The notes below the pieces were generated by a model that saw only the letters and a program-made list of their open reading frames with translations, searched no databases and was not told where the DNA came from. Made by a program: the position numbers and the translations under genes. A stretch of DNA of 64,000 nucleotides, taken from Trichosphaerium sp. ATCC 40318. Taxonomy: Eukaryota > Protista > Tubulinea. The stretch covers positions 186,001 to 250,000 of the forward strand of contig JALMLS010000488.1 in the NCBI GenBank assembly GCA_038496445.1, read 5' to 3'. Below, one piece after another: positions 26,543-38,980 of the stretch (the first letter of the stretch is position 1; every line of letters begins with the position of its first letter).

Positions 26543-27122
26543 GCGTCGTACGTAAGAGATTTCTTGTAACATGTGTTTAAACGTAAGTGCACAAACAATT
26601 TATAGTCCTACATGTTAAGGCAGAATTAAAACGTGTAGACTTGTATGGTATTTCTATATCACTTGTTTAACAGTTACAGGGTGGAAATAAGGCTGTTGAT
26701 CAAACCGGCGAAACTCTTGTGAATCATTCACATGGTCATGGAACAAAACACACAAGTCGGATAATTATGCGACGAGGATGGTATTATTAAAAAAGGAGTA
26801 ATTTGGTACAACCTTGAGAAACTACAAAAGATTAGCACAAGAAAGTAAACTCAAATACTAGACGATACATTCGAACCAAAAAAAGTAAACATTGTGGCAG
26901 CTGGAAACAATCTTCTATCTATCTAGTACTTATAAATGGTATGAACTGGATTTGAAATGATCCGTCTTGCTCACAATTCAATACTAGTATCTAAGCAGCC
27001 AGACCTTCCTAGGTATGTTTTAGCTGGCATCACTCTAAAGACTGTTTTTTCTTGTGATTGTTTTTTAGTCATTTTTTACTTCTATTTCTACATAGTACAT
27101 AGTTTCAGTAGTGTTTGATTGT

Positions 27123-30100
27123 TTAAGAGTCTGAAATAACATCAGAATCACTTGATGTGATACTTTCTTCATTGTCAGCTTTCGCAGGAATAGCATCGTA
27201 TGTAGTTGCTTCTTCTTCATCTTTTTTAATGTCCACATAGTTCTCTTGATCTGAAGCAACATCGGCATTGCTTGATTGAGTTTTCATTGCTTGGACTAAA
27301 TCATGAGGTACAGCAGAGTAGATATCGCTGTCTTTTTGTTCATTATTTATTGACGGACCATGCATTTCTATGCCTTCTGATATTCCTGCAATAACACCTG
27401 TATTGCCTATTTTAGAAGTGATCCTTCCAGCATTGTCTGGTCCCTCACTTTTTTTGTTCTTGTAAATGACGATGATCAAGCCAATAACCAATATTATCAA
27501 TACAATAACCAGGATAATCAATACCAAAGATACAGAGAACCATGCAGACTGACCTTGTAAATCATGAGATAAACAAGTTTTTAGTTCTAAAAGGATTTGT
27601 TTTTAACATACCTTCTTCATCCTCGCCTTGATTATCAATGACTCCAGAAAACGAAGTTGGAGCATCAGTGCTTTGATTAACTGTTCGCAATTAGTAGAAG
27701 CGAGTAATGAAGGTTTAGGAGTACCATTCGTTGTAGGTTCAGAGGTAGGTGGGTTTGTTGGAGGTTCTGTAGTTGGAGAATCAGTGGTTGGAGGAACTGT
27801 AGTTGGTGGAATGGTAGTCGGAGGATCTGTAGTTGGAGAATCAGTGGTAGGTGGAACAGTAGTTGGTGGAATGGTAGTCGGAGGATCTGTAGTTGGAGAG
27901 GTTGTTGTAGGTGGTGTTGTGGTTGGCGGATTAGTTGTTGGTGGAATGGTTGTTGGAGGATCAGTGGTAGGAGGGGTTGTTGTAGGTGGTGTTGTAGTTG
28001 GCGGAATAGTAGTTGGTGGCGGTGGAATAGTACTTTGAAAACAAGATGCTAAAGGTTCATAGATACATTCAGGAGCTGGTTGTGTCACACCTCCATAAGT
28101 TACATTAGTGTAAAACCAACTTGGGTCACTTGGTATTTCTGTACAATCAGGTTTTTGTTCTTCACAAATCTAAACAATTCAGTCACTTTGGTTCACAGTT
28201 CTCTTTTAATTTTTTTGAGTTTTCTTCGTACGGTTTTAATAGACACTTCCTGACATCCTGGAGCCATATCTAGCTGAGTATTCATAAGAGAACTATTGCA
28301 AAACTGTATCCGATCTGGAAGAAACATGTCACATTCAAAGAATATTGAACCTGGAACACGATCTTGTTTCACACATCCCAAATCACAATCACAGAAGTTT
28401 GTTGTACAAATATCATCACTTTGCTGACAATCATCTTGTGTACAGTTACATGTTCGATTTACAGCTTTACAATAGTCGCTGCCTTGTGGATACAAACACC
28501 CTGTTCTGGTAGCAGTTCCATCTAATATAGTAAGTACGGTTGTACTGTTTTATTCAACTTACCAAAGGTAGCCGGAGATCCAAGACTACTGGATGTGGGT
28601 TCACATTCTTCTTTCTCTCTATTTGGACCTAATGAATTTGTTAGTGATCCTTAGTTTCATGATTTGTGGGCTTACATATTTGGGTAAATTCGTCTGTTGC
28701 TGATCGACAAATTGGATGTTCCAAAGATACACATCCAATACTTGGTCCAGCAAATTTGTCTTCAGTACAATAGTTATAGTCATCACAAGTTCCCAAAGCA
28801 GGACTTATGCATTCTAAATCGCAAGTACATTCTCCTTTGCATTGAGGACCACAAGGTGTTGTCAAATGTTCTAAACAATATCATCATTAAACAACAAAGT
28901 GTATTGAGTCAGTACCTGGACATAGAAGAGGCCTTGTTATCTCATTTGTGTTTGTGCTATTACCTGGAATTGGTGTATATTTATCGTATCCGCTGATGAC
29001 AGGTTCATGTCCAAAGAACATCTCGATGATTGAAACGTTCTGGCAAATACATGAGTATAAACAATAATTACTGTGTGCTTTCGAATTTTACCATTGCCAT
29101 TAGTTCATCTAATATAGTTTGTAGGTCAGTCGCATCACCAATACAGTCATTGCTATCTCCATGTGTATTTACAATGATTGTTTTTTTATTTCGATTGGGT
29201 CTACCAAGCAATTCAAAGTGTTCTTTTGTGACTTGGAGACCTAAAACATTGCGTCAAGGTAAATTATAACTCTATAAACGCTAAATTACCTGTTGTGAGT
29301 GATTGACAACCAGCAAAAGTATTCAAAGTACGGATTGAAGATAGTTCGTCAATAAACTTTGTTTTGTTTCTTGAGCTGAGAGGTATCACAGGATGACCTT
29401 GATTGCGATACAACACAACACCTGATCGAAATCCAAACTCTCCAAACTTTAGCGGTTGTACTGTGTCATGAATGAAATCAAAGTATTCATCCCAGTTGTA
29501 CATTGTACAACATTCATCAATTGATTCTCGTTCATACAATCCAAAAGTACCATTTCCATTATCCTCACAAATAGAAGATCCTAAAACACACCTGAGATTG
29601 ATGACATAGTAATAATTGACTGACCTGTTATAGAACATTCAGAAGTATCATTATTGAATATATTTCCAACGCTTGATGATGCATCAACCACTAAACAAAC
29701 AAGTAAGAGAAGAATTATTTTCGCACAACAAACAACAAGTCGTACAGAAAATTAAATCAATATTATCAACACAAAGAGATGTCTCACTACATGGTGAAGG
29801 ATATTCTTCAGGCTCGTCAAATTGTCTTCTAATTGGAAATATATCTGGCATATCAATAATAGTCCCATCGTAATACAATACGCTGAAGGGATGTGTCACA
29901 TGAAATTGTAGACCAAAAAAGGTAGTTTTAGCTTACCGAGCAAGTCTGTTGTTTAAATCATAGTATAGATTTTTAACATCAAACAGTGTCCCTTCTGTAC
30001 CATTTATTCTTGGTCGTATTTCTACATTTCTTAAAAAGATCTGTAAGAGTTATAGTTGTAACTTAAAACCTAACATACGAGGTTATATACATGGTATCGA

Positions 30101-30673
30101 TAAACAGCCGCTGAAAAATATCCACTGTCTCAACCACGTTTCCAGTTGGAGAAAATATATCTTGTTCCATCTCTGGTATGTTTTTAGATAGTGTACGCAC
30201 ATGACAAGAATCTAGACATTGACGTTGTTGTATTATAAACGGCTATACAAAGTTAAACACCCAATGGTAATAAAAAAAACTGATTCTTTTGAGATGTTGA
30301 AATCACGTGGCAACGTTACAGAACAAGTGTTTTTTGTTATTATGCATAAACGCACATTATCAAGGCTCCAACGCTCATAGATTGATGGTAAAAAGTCTCT
30401 ATTGTCTTTAAAGTATATTTGGATACCTTCTATCGCACTTGTATTATCATTACGTGTTACAGTATATTGGAAATTCCCTATCCGAACATGCTGAAGAACA
30501 AAAGAAGTTAATTACACTTTTTCAAAATGATTTGCTTCATATTGTACAGCGTTATTTGCTCCTGAGCGTATGAGAGAAAGGAAAGGTCCACTGGTCGTTG
30601 ATTGTTCTGTTGTTCCAAATGCGCTCAGGAATAATAGCAATACAATAAAGGCGATATAGCAAACGTGCCACAT
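27123..30673 (-). CDS. Receptor paralog C (long PT stalk, shortened tail)
   Basis: Same exon series; about 20 PTT-type pentamers; tail DIYSAV, ENYVDI, TTYDAI. Confidence 0.8.
27745..28025 (-). repeat. Pro/Thr mucin-like coding repeat (15-bp units, 60-bp higher-order unit)
   Basis: PTTIP/PTTDP/PTTVP/PTTDS units; a 60-bp unit is repeated at ~27767-27900. Confidence 0.9.
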
Positions 30674-31097
30674 TCGTCGTACGTAAAGATTTCTTTAGCA
30701 CGTGTATGAACGCAAGTGCACAAACAATTTTTAGTCCTACATGTTAAGGCACAATTTACAACGTGAGTAGACTTGCGTGGTGCTTGTATCTCACTTCTTA
30801 CCAGTTCTACGCTGGAACAATTACTACAAACCGGCGGATCTATTGTGAATTGAACCATGGTGCTCATGGAACAAAACACAAGTCGGATAATTACGCTACA
30901 AGAATGGTCTTAACAAATACAAAGCAATTCAGTACAACCTGGAGAAACAACGAAAGACTAGCACAAGTAAGTAAAATCAAATTAACTAGACATTCGAACA
31001 AAAAAAGTAAACACGTTATGTGGCTTTAATAGCTCATTAACAAAGAAGGTTCTATCTAATATATTACATTTATTTAATAACAAAAAATCTGAGTGCT

Positions 31098-31712
31098 TCA
31101 TTTAGAATACAAAGTAGTTGACTTTGACCAAAGCGAACTGAATTGAGTGTAAAATTGTTCTGCAACGGTAGCATTGTTAAAAACCATTATGCTCTCCATA
31201 TTTATGCGTGCAGAAGAACCTGTGTAGTTGTATGATCCTGTGATGACTTGTTTGCCGTCAACCAAGAGTGTATTACTGCGCATTTGTCCTTTTCCTGACC
31301 ATAGTTTGACTTTTGCTCCTCGAAATTGTAGAACTTTGACACAGTACTGCATTTCTCTTCTCTTTGTAGTGTAATACTTATCGCTATCGAGTACCAGCAA
31401 CACCTTTAATTTAGGTGTGCACTTCATAACGCGAGCGATAGCATAAGCAATCTCGTAATCTGTAAAAGTGTTCATTGTCAATTGAATAGTTCTCTTTGCT
31501 GATTTGATAAGACGAAGAATTTGTTTCCTTGGGTGAGAGTCGGATACTTTTCCTGAAGGGTTTGTGAAGAATACTTTAGGAGGAGTGATGCTGTTTTCTA
31601 GTGGCTTGTTGGATTCTGTAGATAGTTCGTTGATTGAAGGTAGCAGCTGTCCTTTTGAGTTTGTGCTTAGAAGTGGTGTTTGTAAGTATTGCTTTCTTGG
31701 TGTTCTTGGCAT
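31098..31712 (-). CDS. PLD-like (Zucchini/PLD6/Nuc-type) single-domain protein with degenerate HKD motif
   Basis: VFF...ILRLIKSAKRTIQLTMNTFTDYEIAYAI...VLLVLD...MRSNTLLVDGKQVITGSYNYTGSSARINMESIMV. Intronless; the start could extend to 31796. Confidence 0.85.
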   Translation of the reverse strand: MPRTPRKQYLQTPLLSTNSKGQLLPSINELSTESNKPLENSITPPKVFFTNPSGKVSDSHPRKQILRLIKSAKRTIQLTMNTFTDYEIAYAIARVMKCTPKLKVLLVLDSDKYYTTKRREMQYCVKVLQFRGAKVKLWSGKGQMRSNTLLVDGKQVITGSYNYTGSSARINMESIMVFNNATVAEQFYTQFSSLWSKSTTLYSK

Positions 31713-32297
31713 TATGTTGTTGGAGGGTGTTTTGTAGAGAGAGAGAGGTGTTGTTAAAGTGTTGTGAAACTTGTTGTATTGAATGTAGTCGATCACTTTC
31801 TCTCTCCGTTAAAATGTCGTTTCAATAAAACTTTCCTTTTTTGGTCATATTTCTTGTTTCAAATGCTTGTACGCCTAGCTAAAATGTTCAGAACTCATTG
31901 AAGGAGTTTTAAAGAGAAACGAGTGTACCATTTATAGTAAAGGTTTTCTTGTAATTCGACTTCGCAGTGAGTGACATTTTCCTTCTGTAACATCTCTAAA
32001 AGCTTGTTGCAAGTATCAGTAACGTATGGGCATGCTATGTTAGTGATTTTACAGAAAGAAAGTCATGAAAATAAAAAAAGATTTTCTGCAACAAGTCTAG
32101 CTGAAAATCTATAATTGTAACGTCGTGCACCTGACAAATCTGTTATAACCTCGTTACTTAGCTAGTATACACGGCTATGACGTTGCAGGCATAGTCACAA
32201 GAACCATAACGTACAGGGTTGGTAGAAAGAAAATAGTGTTAAAATCAGTGTAAATTGACTTTCTAGGACAAAACTAGCTTTCACAGTATCCATAACA

Positions 32298-33741
32298 ATG
32301 GAGCAACTACCGATTGAGATGTGGTATGCTATATTAACGGAAATGCCGTACGCGCATTAGAGTTTTACGTGTTGAAACTGAAACAGCTTCCTTTTGGCAG
32401 AATTATAGCTGCTTTCGCGTGTAGAGTAGTATGTAAGGCTATGAGGCAAATAGTGGCCCCTTTTGAGTTTGTAAAGGCAAGGTGTTGTTTACCTGTTAAA
32501 TGCTCATGCCTGCCGCGTAGACTGCGACCATTGTATGTAAGAACGTTGATTTATTCGCTCGGTGTACGTTTTTTAACAAAACGTCGTTGTTTTAATTTAA
32601 ACGCCCCCCAAAGCTTTTAGAACGTTTCATATGAACGAATGCATCGATTGTTTTGTTGTTAAAACCAACGTACTGTCACTTTTACTCGTAAGCGTCAATA
32701 ATACGTTTAGCTATTTTTGGTGAGCTCGTGGTACATAACAGTCGTTCCAATTGACAAAGGAAGGTTGCAGTTCAGAAGAAAAAAAAACGTGCGGAAAACG
32801 TGTCAGAATTTTTTTGACAAAACGGTGCTTGCCTCTTCGTTTTGCTACCAGTGCTGCGAATTCTGAGTTTGAATAACGCTTGCAAGACCTTTATTTTGAC
32901 TTACTTGTATTACTAGTCAGTTTATCACACGCGGTGAAATGTGCAGTAAATCAAAAGAAAAATAATGTTGCTGTACTTGCATCAGGGATTTTTGAGAAGC
33001 AATGTTGGGGATATGATTTGGAACGTAAAGGACCACTAACAAAAATGTTTGAGTGTAATACAGGCACCAAAGATAAGTATGATATATCTCTAAAAAGTGA
33101 TGGGACAGTTGTATTGGCAGGAGGGAATGTTTTAGTGACAATAGCACCTTGCGGAAAACAAAGGTAAGAAAAAAATAGGAAAAACAATTTCAATCTCACT
33201 TTGTCGTCTCAGGCAGACTACTCTACTGCGTGTGGCTGGTAAAGAATCTACTTGCGATGGTTTATGTGATCCATTAGAAGACATAACAGATGAAGATTTT
33301 GATATAATACCAGAATGGGCATTTATAGCTTACAAAGACTTAAACCAAGCAACAGTTTTACAGATAAACGCAATTTCAGTGACAACAACTGATGATATTT
33401 TCTTTATTGATGGAGATAATACGATACGTGTTATATCATGTGGTGTTATAAAAACAGTTTATAAGATTGATGATGTTATTGTATCTATATGCCATGATAT
33501 CAAGGGATACCTCTACTATAGTACAATCAGTGAAGTTTTCAGAATATTTTTTGACAAGAACGATTATATTTACGGAAGATGTTACGCTTTGAAAATCAAG
33601 TTGTATATGCCTATACCTTCTCTTATTAAGAAAATACGGTATGCCAATGGTAAGATTTATGTGCTAGCACCTAAGATACAACGAGTTCGATACAAAGGTT
33701 GTTTTGGTGACTCTGGGTTGTGGGTTCTTAAGATTAAATAA
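32298..33741 (+). CDS. F-box-like plus NHL/beta-propeller-like protein
   Basis: Exon 1 MEQLPIEMWYAILTEMP is F-box-like. Last exon VAGKESTCDG...AISVTTTDDIFFIDGDNTIRVISCGVIKTV is NHL-like. Middle exons are uncertain. Confidence 0.5.
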
Positions 33742-33939
33742 ACATATCCAAAACCTCAACTTAGTAACTCTTTTGCTCGCTGCTGCTCGGTTAATAGATT
33801 GTGTACTTTATTCATGTTGTTTCGTAGAGCAGTAAGCATGTGCCATGCCTTGTATTTGAACTCTTTTTTCTTCATAACAAATTGTTGTGCACTTACTATC
33901 GCACACGTGTTTTTACGAGAAATCTCCCATAAGAGAAGC

Positions 33940-36900
33940 ATGTGGAGCGTTTGTATCACTCTAATTGTTTTATTATTACCTATTTCATTTGTAAAGACTC
34001 AAACTGTATTCTCCAGTGGCGGCCAGTTAGCTACTATACGCTCAGGAGCGAATAATACAGTACGACACTAAACACCTTTTTAGAAACGGTTATATTTGAA
34101 CAAACTTTAAATTTCTCTAGCTTATTCGAACAGGGCTTTTCTTATACATTGAGACACGCGATGATAATACAAATGCGTTAACTAATGTCGATATATACTT
34201 TCAAAATGATAACGCCGCCTCAGCCTCAATCTATGAGTATTGGAGCGTTGATAATGTGCGTTTATACAAATTTGTGGACAATATCTCCAACTTTCTTTTG
34301 TCGGCGTAATCACGTGATTTTCACGAAAACAGAGATGCCAATACAATCAACGACGGAGTTGCGAAATACCCTTGTTGTTGACGTGTTGGCTGTGAAGTCG
34401 TGGTTTTTAATTAAAGTTAAACAACTGTTCTTTTTTACTCCTTTATAGCCTTTTATTGTCCAACAACATAACTGTGACGGTTCTTGCCACAGGCGTACGT
34501 TACAAACGATGGTACCCCGATTGGGAAACGATCTTTTTCAAGATACTGACTCACCAGAGCAAGATATAATTATACAGAAGCTCGATACTGGTACTTCCTT
34601 TCCGGTCAACACGTATGTTGGTTATGAGTCTTGCAAATCTTTTAACTGTGCTATTACTTACAGTTTTTTTAAGAAGCGTAGAAATACGACCAAGAATAAA
34701 TGGTACAGAAGGGACACTGTTTGATGTTAAAAATCTATACTATGATGTACAAAACAGACTTGCTCGGTATGCAACAATGCTACATGTTTGATAAAGTAGT
34801 TTTTAATACTTTCCTTAAGCGTACTGTATTATGATGGTACTATAATTGATATACCAAGGCAATTCCCTGGAACGAACATAGCACCTCCGGCTCCATGTAA
34901 TGAGACATCTCTTTGTGTTGATAATGTTGATTTAATTTTCTGTACGACTTGTTGTTTGTTGTGCGAAAATGATTCTTCTCTTACTTGTTTGCTTAGTGGT
35001 TGATGCATCATCAAGCGTTGGAAATATATTCAATAATGATACTTCTGAATGTTCAAGAACAGGTCAGCCGATTATTATTACTATGTCATCAATCTGAGGT
35101 GTGTTTTAGGATCTTCTATTTGTGAGGATAATGGAAATGGTACTTTTGGATTGTATGAACGAGAATCAATTGATGAATGTTGTACAATGTACAACTGGGA
35201 TGAATACTTTGATTTCATTCATGACACAGTACAACCATTAAAGTTTGGAGAGTTTGGATTTCGATCAGGTGTTGTGTTGTATCGCAATCAAGGTCATCCT
35301 GTGATACCTCTCAGCTCAAGAAACAAAACAAAGTTTATTGATGAACTATCTTCAATCCGTACTTTGAATACTTTTGCTGGTTGTCAATCACTCACAACAG
35401 GTAATTTAGCGTTTATAGAGTTATAATTTACCTTGATGCAATGCTTTAGGTCTCCGAGGCACAAAAGAACACTTTGAATTGCTTGGTAGACCCAATCGAA
35501 ATAAAAAAACAATCATTGTAAATACACATGGAGATACCAATGACTGTATTGGTGACACGAGTGACCTACAAACCATATTAGATGAACTAATGGCAATGGT
35601 ACAGTAATTGTTTGTACTCTCTAAGTCTTTAATTTTGTCCACTGAACTATTTGTTTGCAGAACGTTTCAATCATTGAGATGTACTTTGGTCAAGAACCCG
35701 CCATCTCATACGCTCAAAACTTGTATACTTCGATTCCAGGGAATAGTACAAACACAAGCGAGATAACAAGGCCTCTTATATGTCCAGGTACTGACTCAAT
35801 ACCCTTTGTTGTTTAATGATGATATTGTTTAGAACATTTGACAACACCTTGTGGTCCTCAATGCAAAGGAGAATGTACTTGCGATTTAGAATGCGTATTT
35901 CCAGAAAATATAGAACCTTGTGATGACTATAACTATTGTACTGAAGACAAATTCGCTGGACCAAGTATTGGATGTGTATCTTTGGAACATCCAATTTGTC
36001 GATCACCGACAGGTGAATTTTCCCAAATATGTACGTCCACAAAGACAAAGACAAACATAAACCAAAAAAGAAGTGTTGTATTTTCTCAAACTACTTTTTT
36101 GCACGTGAAGGTATCAGACCTGATAAATCTAGAAGCTAAGGATCACTAAACAAATTCGTTAGGTCCAAATAGAGAGAAAGAAGAATGCGATACCGCGTTC
36201 CCAGATTCTGAGATTCCAGCTATAGTGGGTAACTGTGATAAAAAAATGTATACAAACTAATTTGTTTTTAGAAGAAACTCCGTTTGGCGAACGTGGGTGT
36301 TCATACCTACCAAACCAAGATTATTGTAAAGCTATAGACCGTACATGTAACTGTACACAAAATGATTGTGATCTAAGTGATGATATTTGTAAGATAAATC
36401 TCTGTGATTGCGAAAAAGGATGTATGAAACATGATCGGGAACCAGGGACAATATTTTTTGGATGTGACATGTATCTTCCAGATCGGATACAGTTTTGTGA
36501 CAGCTCTCTTATGAGTTCTCCGGCAGAAAATTCTCCTGGATGTCGGGAAGTGTCTATTAAAACCGTACGAACAAAACTCAAAAAAATTAAAAGAGAACTG
36601 TGAACCAAAGTGACTGAATTGTTTAGATTTGTGAAGAACAAAAACCTGATTGTACAGAAATACCAAGTGACCCAAGTTGGTTTTACACTGATGTAACTTA
36701 TGGAGGTGTGACACAACCAGCTCCTGAATGTATCTATGAACCTTTAGCATCTTGTTTTCAAAGTACTGCTCCTATTCCACCGCCAACAACTATTCCGCCA
36801 CCTACAACAACCTCTCCTACCACTGATCCTCCAACTACAGAACCTTCAACAAACCCACCTACCTCTGAACCTACAATGACTGGTACTCCTAAAACATCAC

Positions 36901-37731
36901 TATGCTTCTATTACTTATTTTACAAGTGAATCAAACTACTGATGGCCCAACATCGTCTTTTGGAGTCATTGACAATCAAGGTGATGATGAAGGTACATGT
37001 ATAACGTAATGCTTTATCTCATGACTTACAAGGTCGGTCTCCATGGTTCTCTGTAGCCTTGGTTTTGATTATCTTGGTTGTTTTATTGATAATATTGGTT
37101 ATTGGGTTGATCATCGTCATTTACAAGAACAAAAAAAAAGAAAAAAGTAAGGGGTCAATAACTTCTAAAATAGGCGATACAGGTGCTATTACAGGAATAT
37201 CAGAAGGCATAGAAATGCGTGGACCATCAATAAATAATGAACAAAATGAGAGTGACATCTACTCTGCTGTACCTCATGATTTAGTCCAAGCAATGAAAAC
37301 TCAATCAAGTGGAAAACTGAATAGTGTTGTAGGCAAGTCACGTTTTCACAAGCGCCTAAAAAAATATCTTCATTATATTTGCTGATTGTTTTGACAAAAC
37401 AGGAAGCAGTGAAAATCAAGAAGTAAACGAAACTACATACGATCCTGTTCCTGGAAGCCGTGGCAATATTGAAGAAAGTACCAGCACATCAAGCAATTCT
37501 GATGATGTTTCAGACTCTTCGGACCAAGAGAACTATGTAAACACTAAACCAAAAGAAGAACAAGCAACTACGTATGATGCCGTTCCTGCGAAAGCTGACA
37601 ATGGAGAAAGTATCACATCAAGTGACCTTGAAATAGGAGACACAACTACGTACAATGCCATTCCTGCAAAAGATACCGACAATGAAGAAAGTATCACATC
37701 AAGTGATTCTGATGTTATTTCAGACTCTTAA
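33940..37731 (+). CDS. Receptor paralog D (inverted relative to A-C)
   Basis: Signal MWSVCITLIVLLL; VDASSSVG; CDDYNYCTEDK; TM at ~37050-37120; tail DIYSAV, TTYDPV, ENYVNT, TTYDAV, TTYNAI; stop TAA at 37729-37731. Confidence 0.82.
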
Positions 37732-38130
37732 ACAATCAAACACTACTGAAACTATGTACTATGTAGAAATAGAGAAATAAAAACAAACAAAACATGTGGT
37801 GCGACCTAACAACTACCTTGAAGCTCTGGCTAACTAGAGCCCAGTATCGTAATGTGAGTAAGACGAATACTGTCCTCCAATAATGTAGATTAGCAAGAAA
37901 GTAACTCGTTTGCATTTGTTATCTCTCATACTTTTTTCACAGGTGCCTACCTGTAATTCTCCCTCACCCTTTTTTGCTGTGAATAGGACTTATAACTACG
38001 AAAAATTGAGTGTGGCATAGTTTAAGGTTTGTTTCGAGAAATAACATTTCTTTGATTGAAATAAAGGTTTTATTTACAAGATCGCAGTTGCTTTTGAACA
38101 TTGTCAATCACTACGAAATTTGGAGTGATA

Positions 38131-38610
38131 TTAAAATCCAACAGCAGAATTATGAATCCCCATAGACGTTAGATATTTCTTATATTGATCCCAAGCAACT
38201 TCTGGAAGGAACTTTTTGTTTAAGTAAGGGCCTTCAATCAACACAGTTGACGTAGCAAGCTCAAAGATCTGCATTGGACATTTCTTCAATTCGTATTGAC
38301 CATCAGCGTCTAATTCAAATGAAACCAAGTACTGGAATAAGAAGAGTGATATAAGACGTCCAGCATGCTCTTCTGGGTCATCGAATCTAATAAACACGCT
38401 TAGAATACGACCAAAAACAGAAACATACAAAAAAATAACGTACTTTTGCCATTCTTGTGTTGCAAAGATTTCACTCTGTTTCATTGGTCCTTTGTATTCA
38501 CTCTCGTATCCTGCTTGGATTGATACACTTATATGGTTTGTAGTACTTGCATTACTCTTATCTTGTGCGGTTACATTGTTGCTGTTTCGCGAGAAGGTTT
38601 GTGTGGACAT
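38131..38610 (-). CDS. Small protein of unknown function (probably one short intron)
   Basis: ORF of 159 codons containing a GTACGT...ATTAG intron-like stretch at ~38442-38388; divergent from the endonuclease gene. Confidence 0.45.
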   Translation of the reverse strand: MSTQTFSRNSNNVTAQDKSNASTTNHISVSIQAGYESEYKGPMKQSEIFATQEWQKYVIFLYVSVFGRILSVFIRFDDPEEHAGRLISLFLFQYLVSFELDADGQYELKKCPMQIFELATSTVLIEGPYLNKKFLPEVAWDQYKKYLTSMGIHNSAVGF

Positions 38611-38980
38611 GTTGCGTTAGTTGTTGAGTTATTTGATATTGATCTAACCAAAAATCAATCATCGGTTAAGATGAGTTTCACTGAAGATAGTTTTTCAATC
38701 TAGATCTGCAAAGCGTGTTTAAGGGGGCAGGTCCTCTAATTTTATTTTCTGATTGTATACCATTGGCAGCGTACTTTTCACAGTCACGTGTTTTAGAAAA
38801 TTACCATTCTGTTAACAGTAATTTAAACGTAAACAGCCATAGATCCTAATCAGTGAACACTAGTTGGCCTAATTACTGTTATGATAATGTCTCAACAGTA
38901 GGCCCTCTAATTTATGTTAAGCGCACTCAAAACTGTTCATAAATCAACAACAACTACAGAACTAACAACAAACGCTTACT

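Noticed and set aside
27628-28038. Val/Gly-rich + strand ORF and other antisense ORFs over the receptors and the LTR element
   Set aside because: These are shadow frames of the PT repeat and real coding strands, with no independent evidence.
34940-35010. Conserved TGA after ...CLFSG/CLLSG in all four receptors, suggesting readthrough, selenocysteine or an alternative code
   Set aside because: The Cys-rich CTTCCLLC stretch is an intron (GTAC...TAG). Splicing gives DLIFLVDASSS in another frame, so the standard code suffices.
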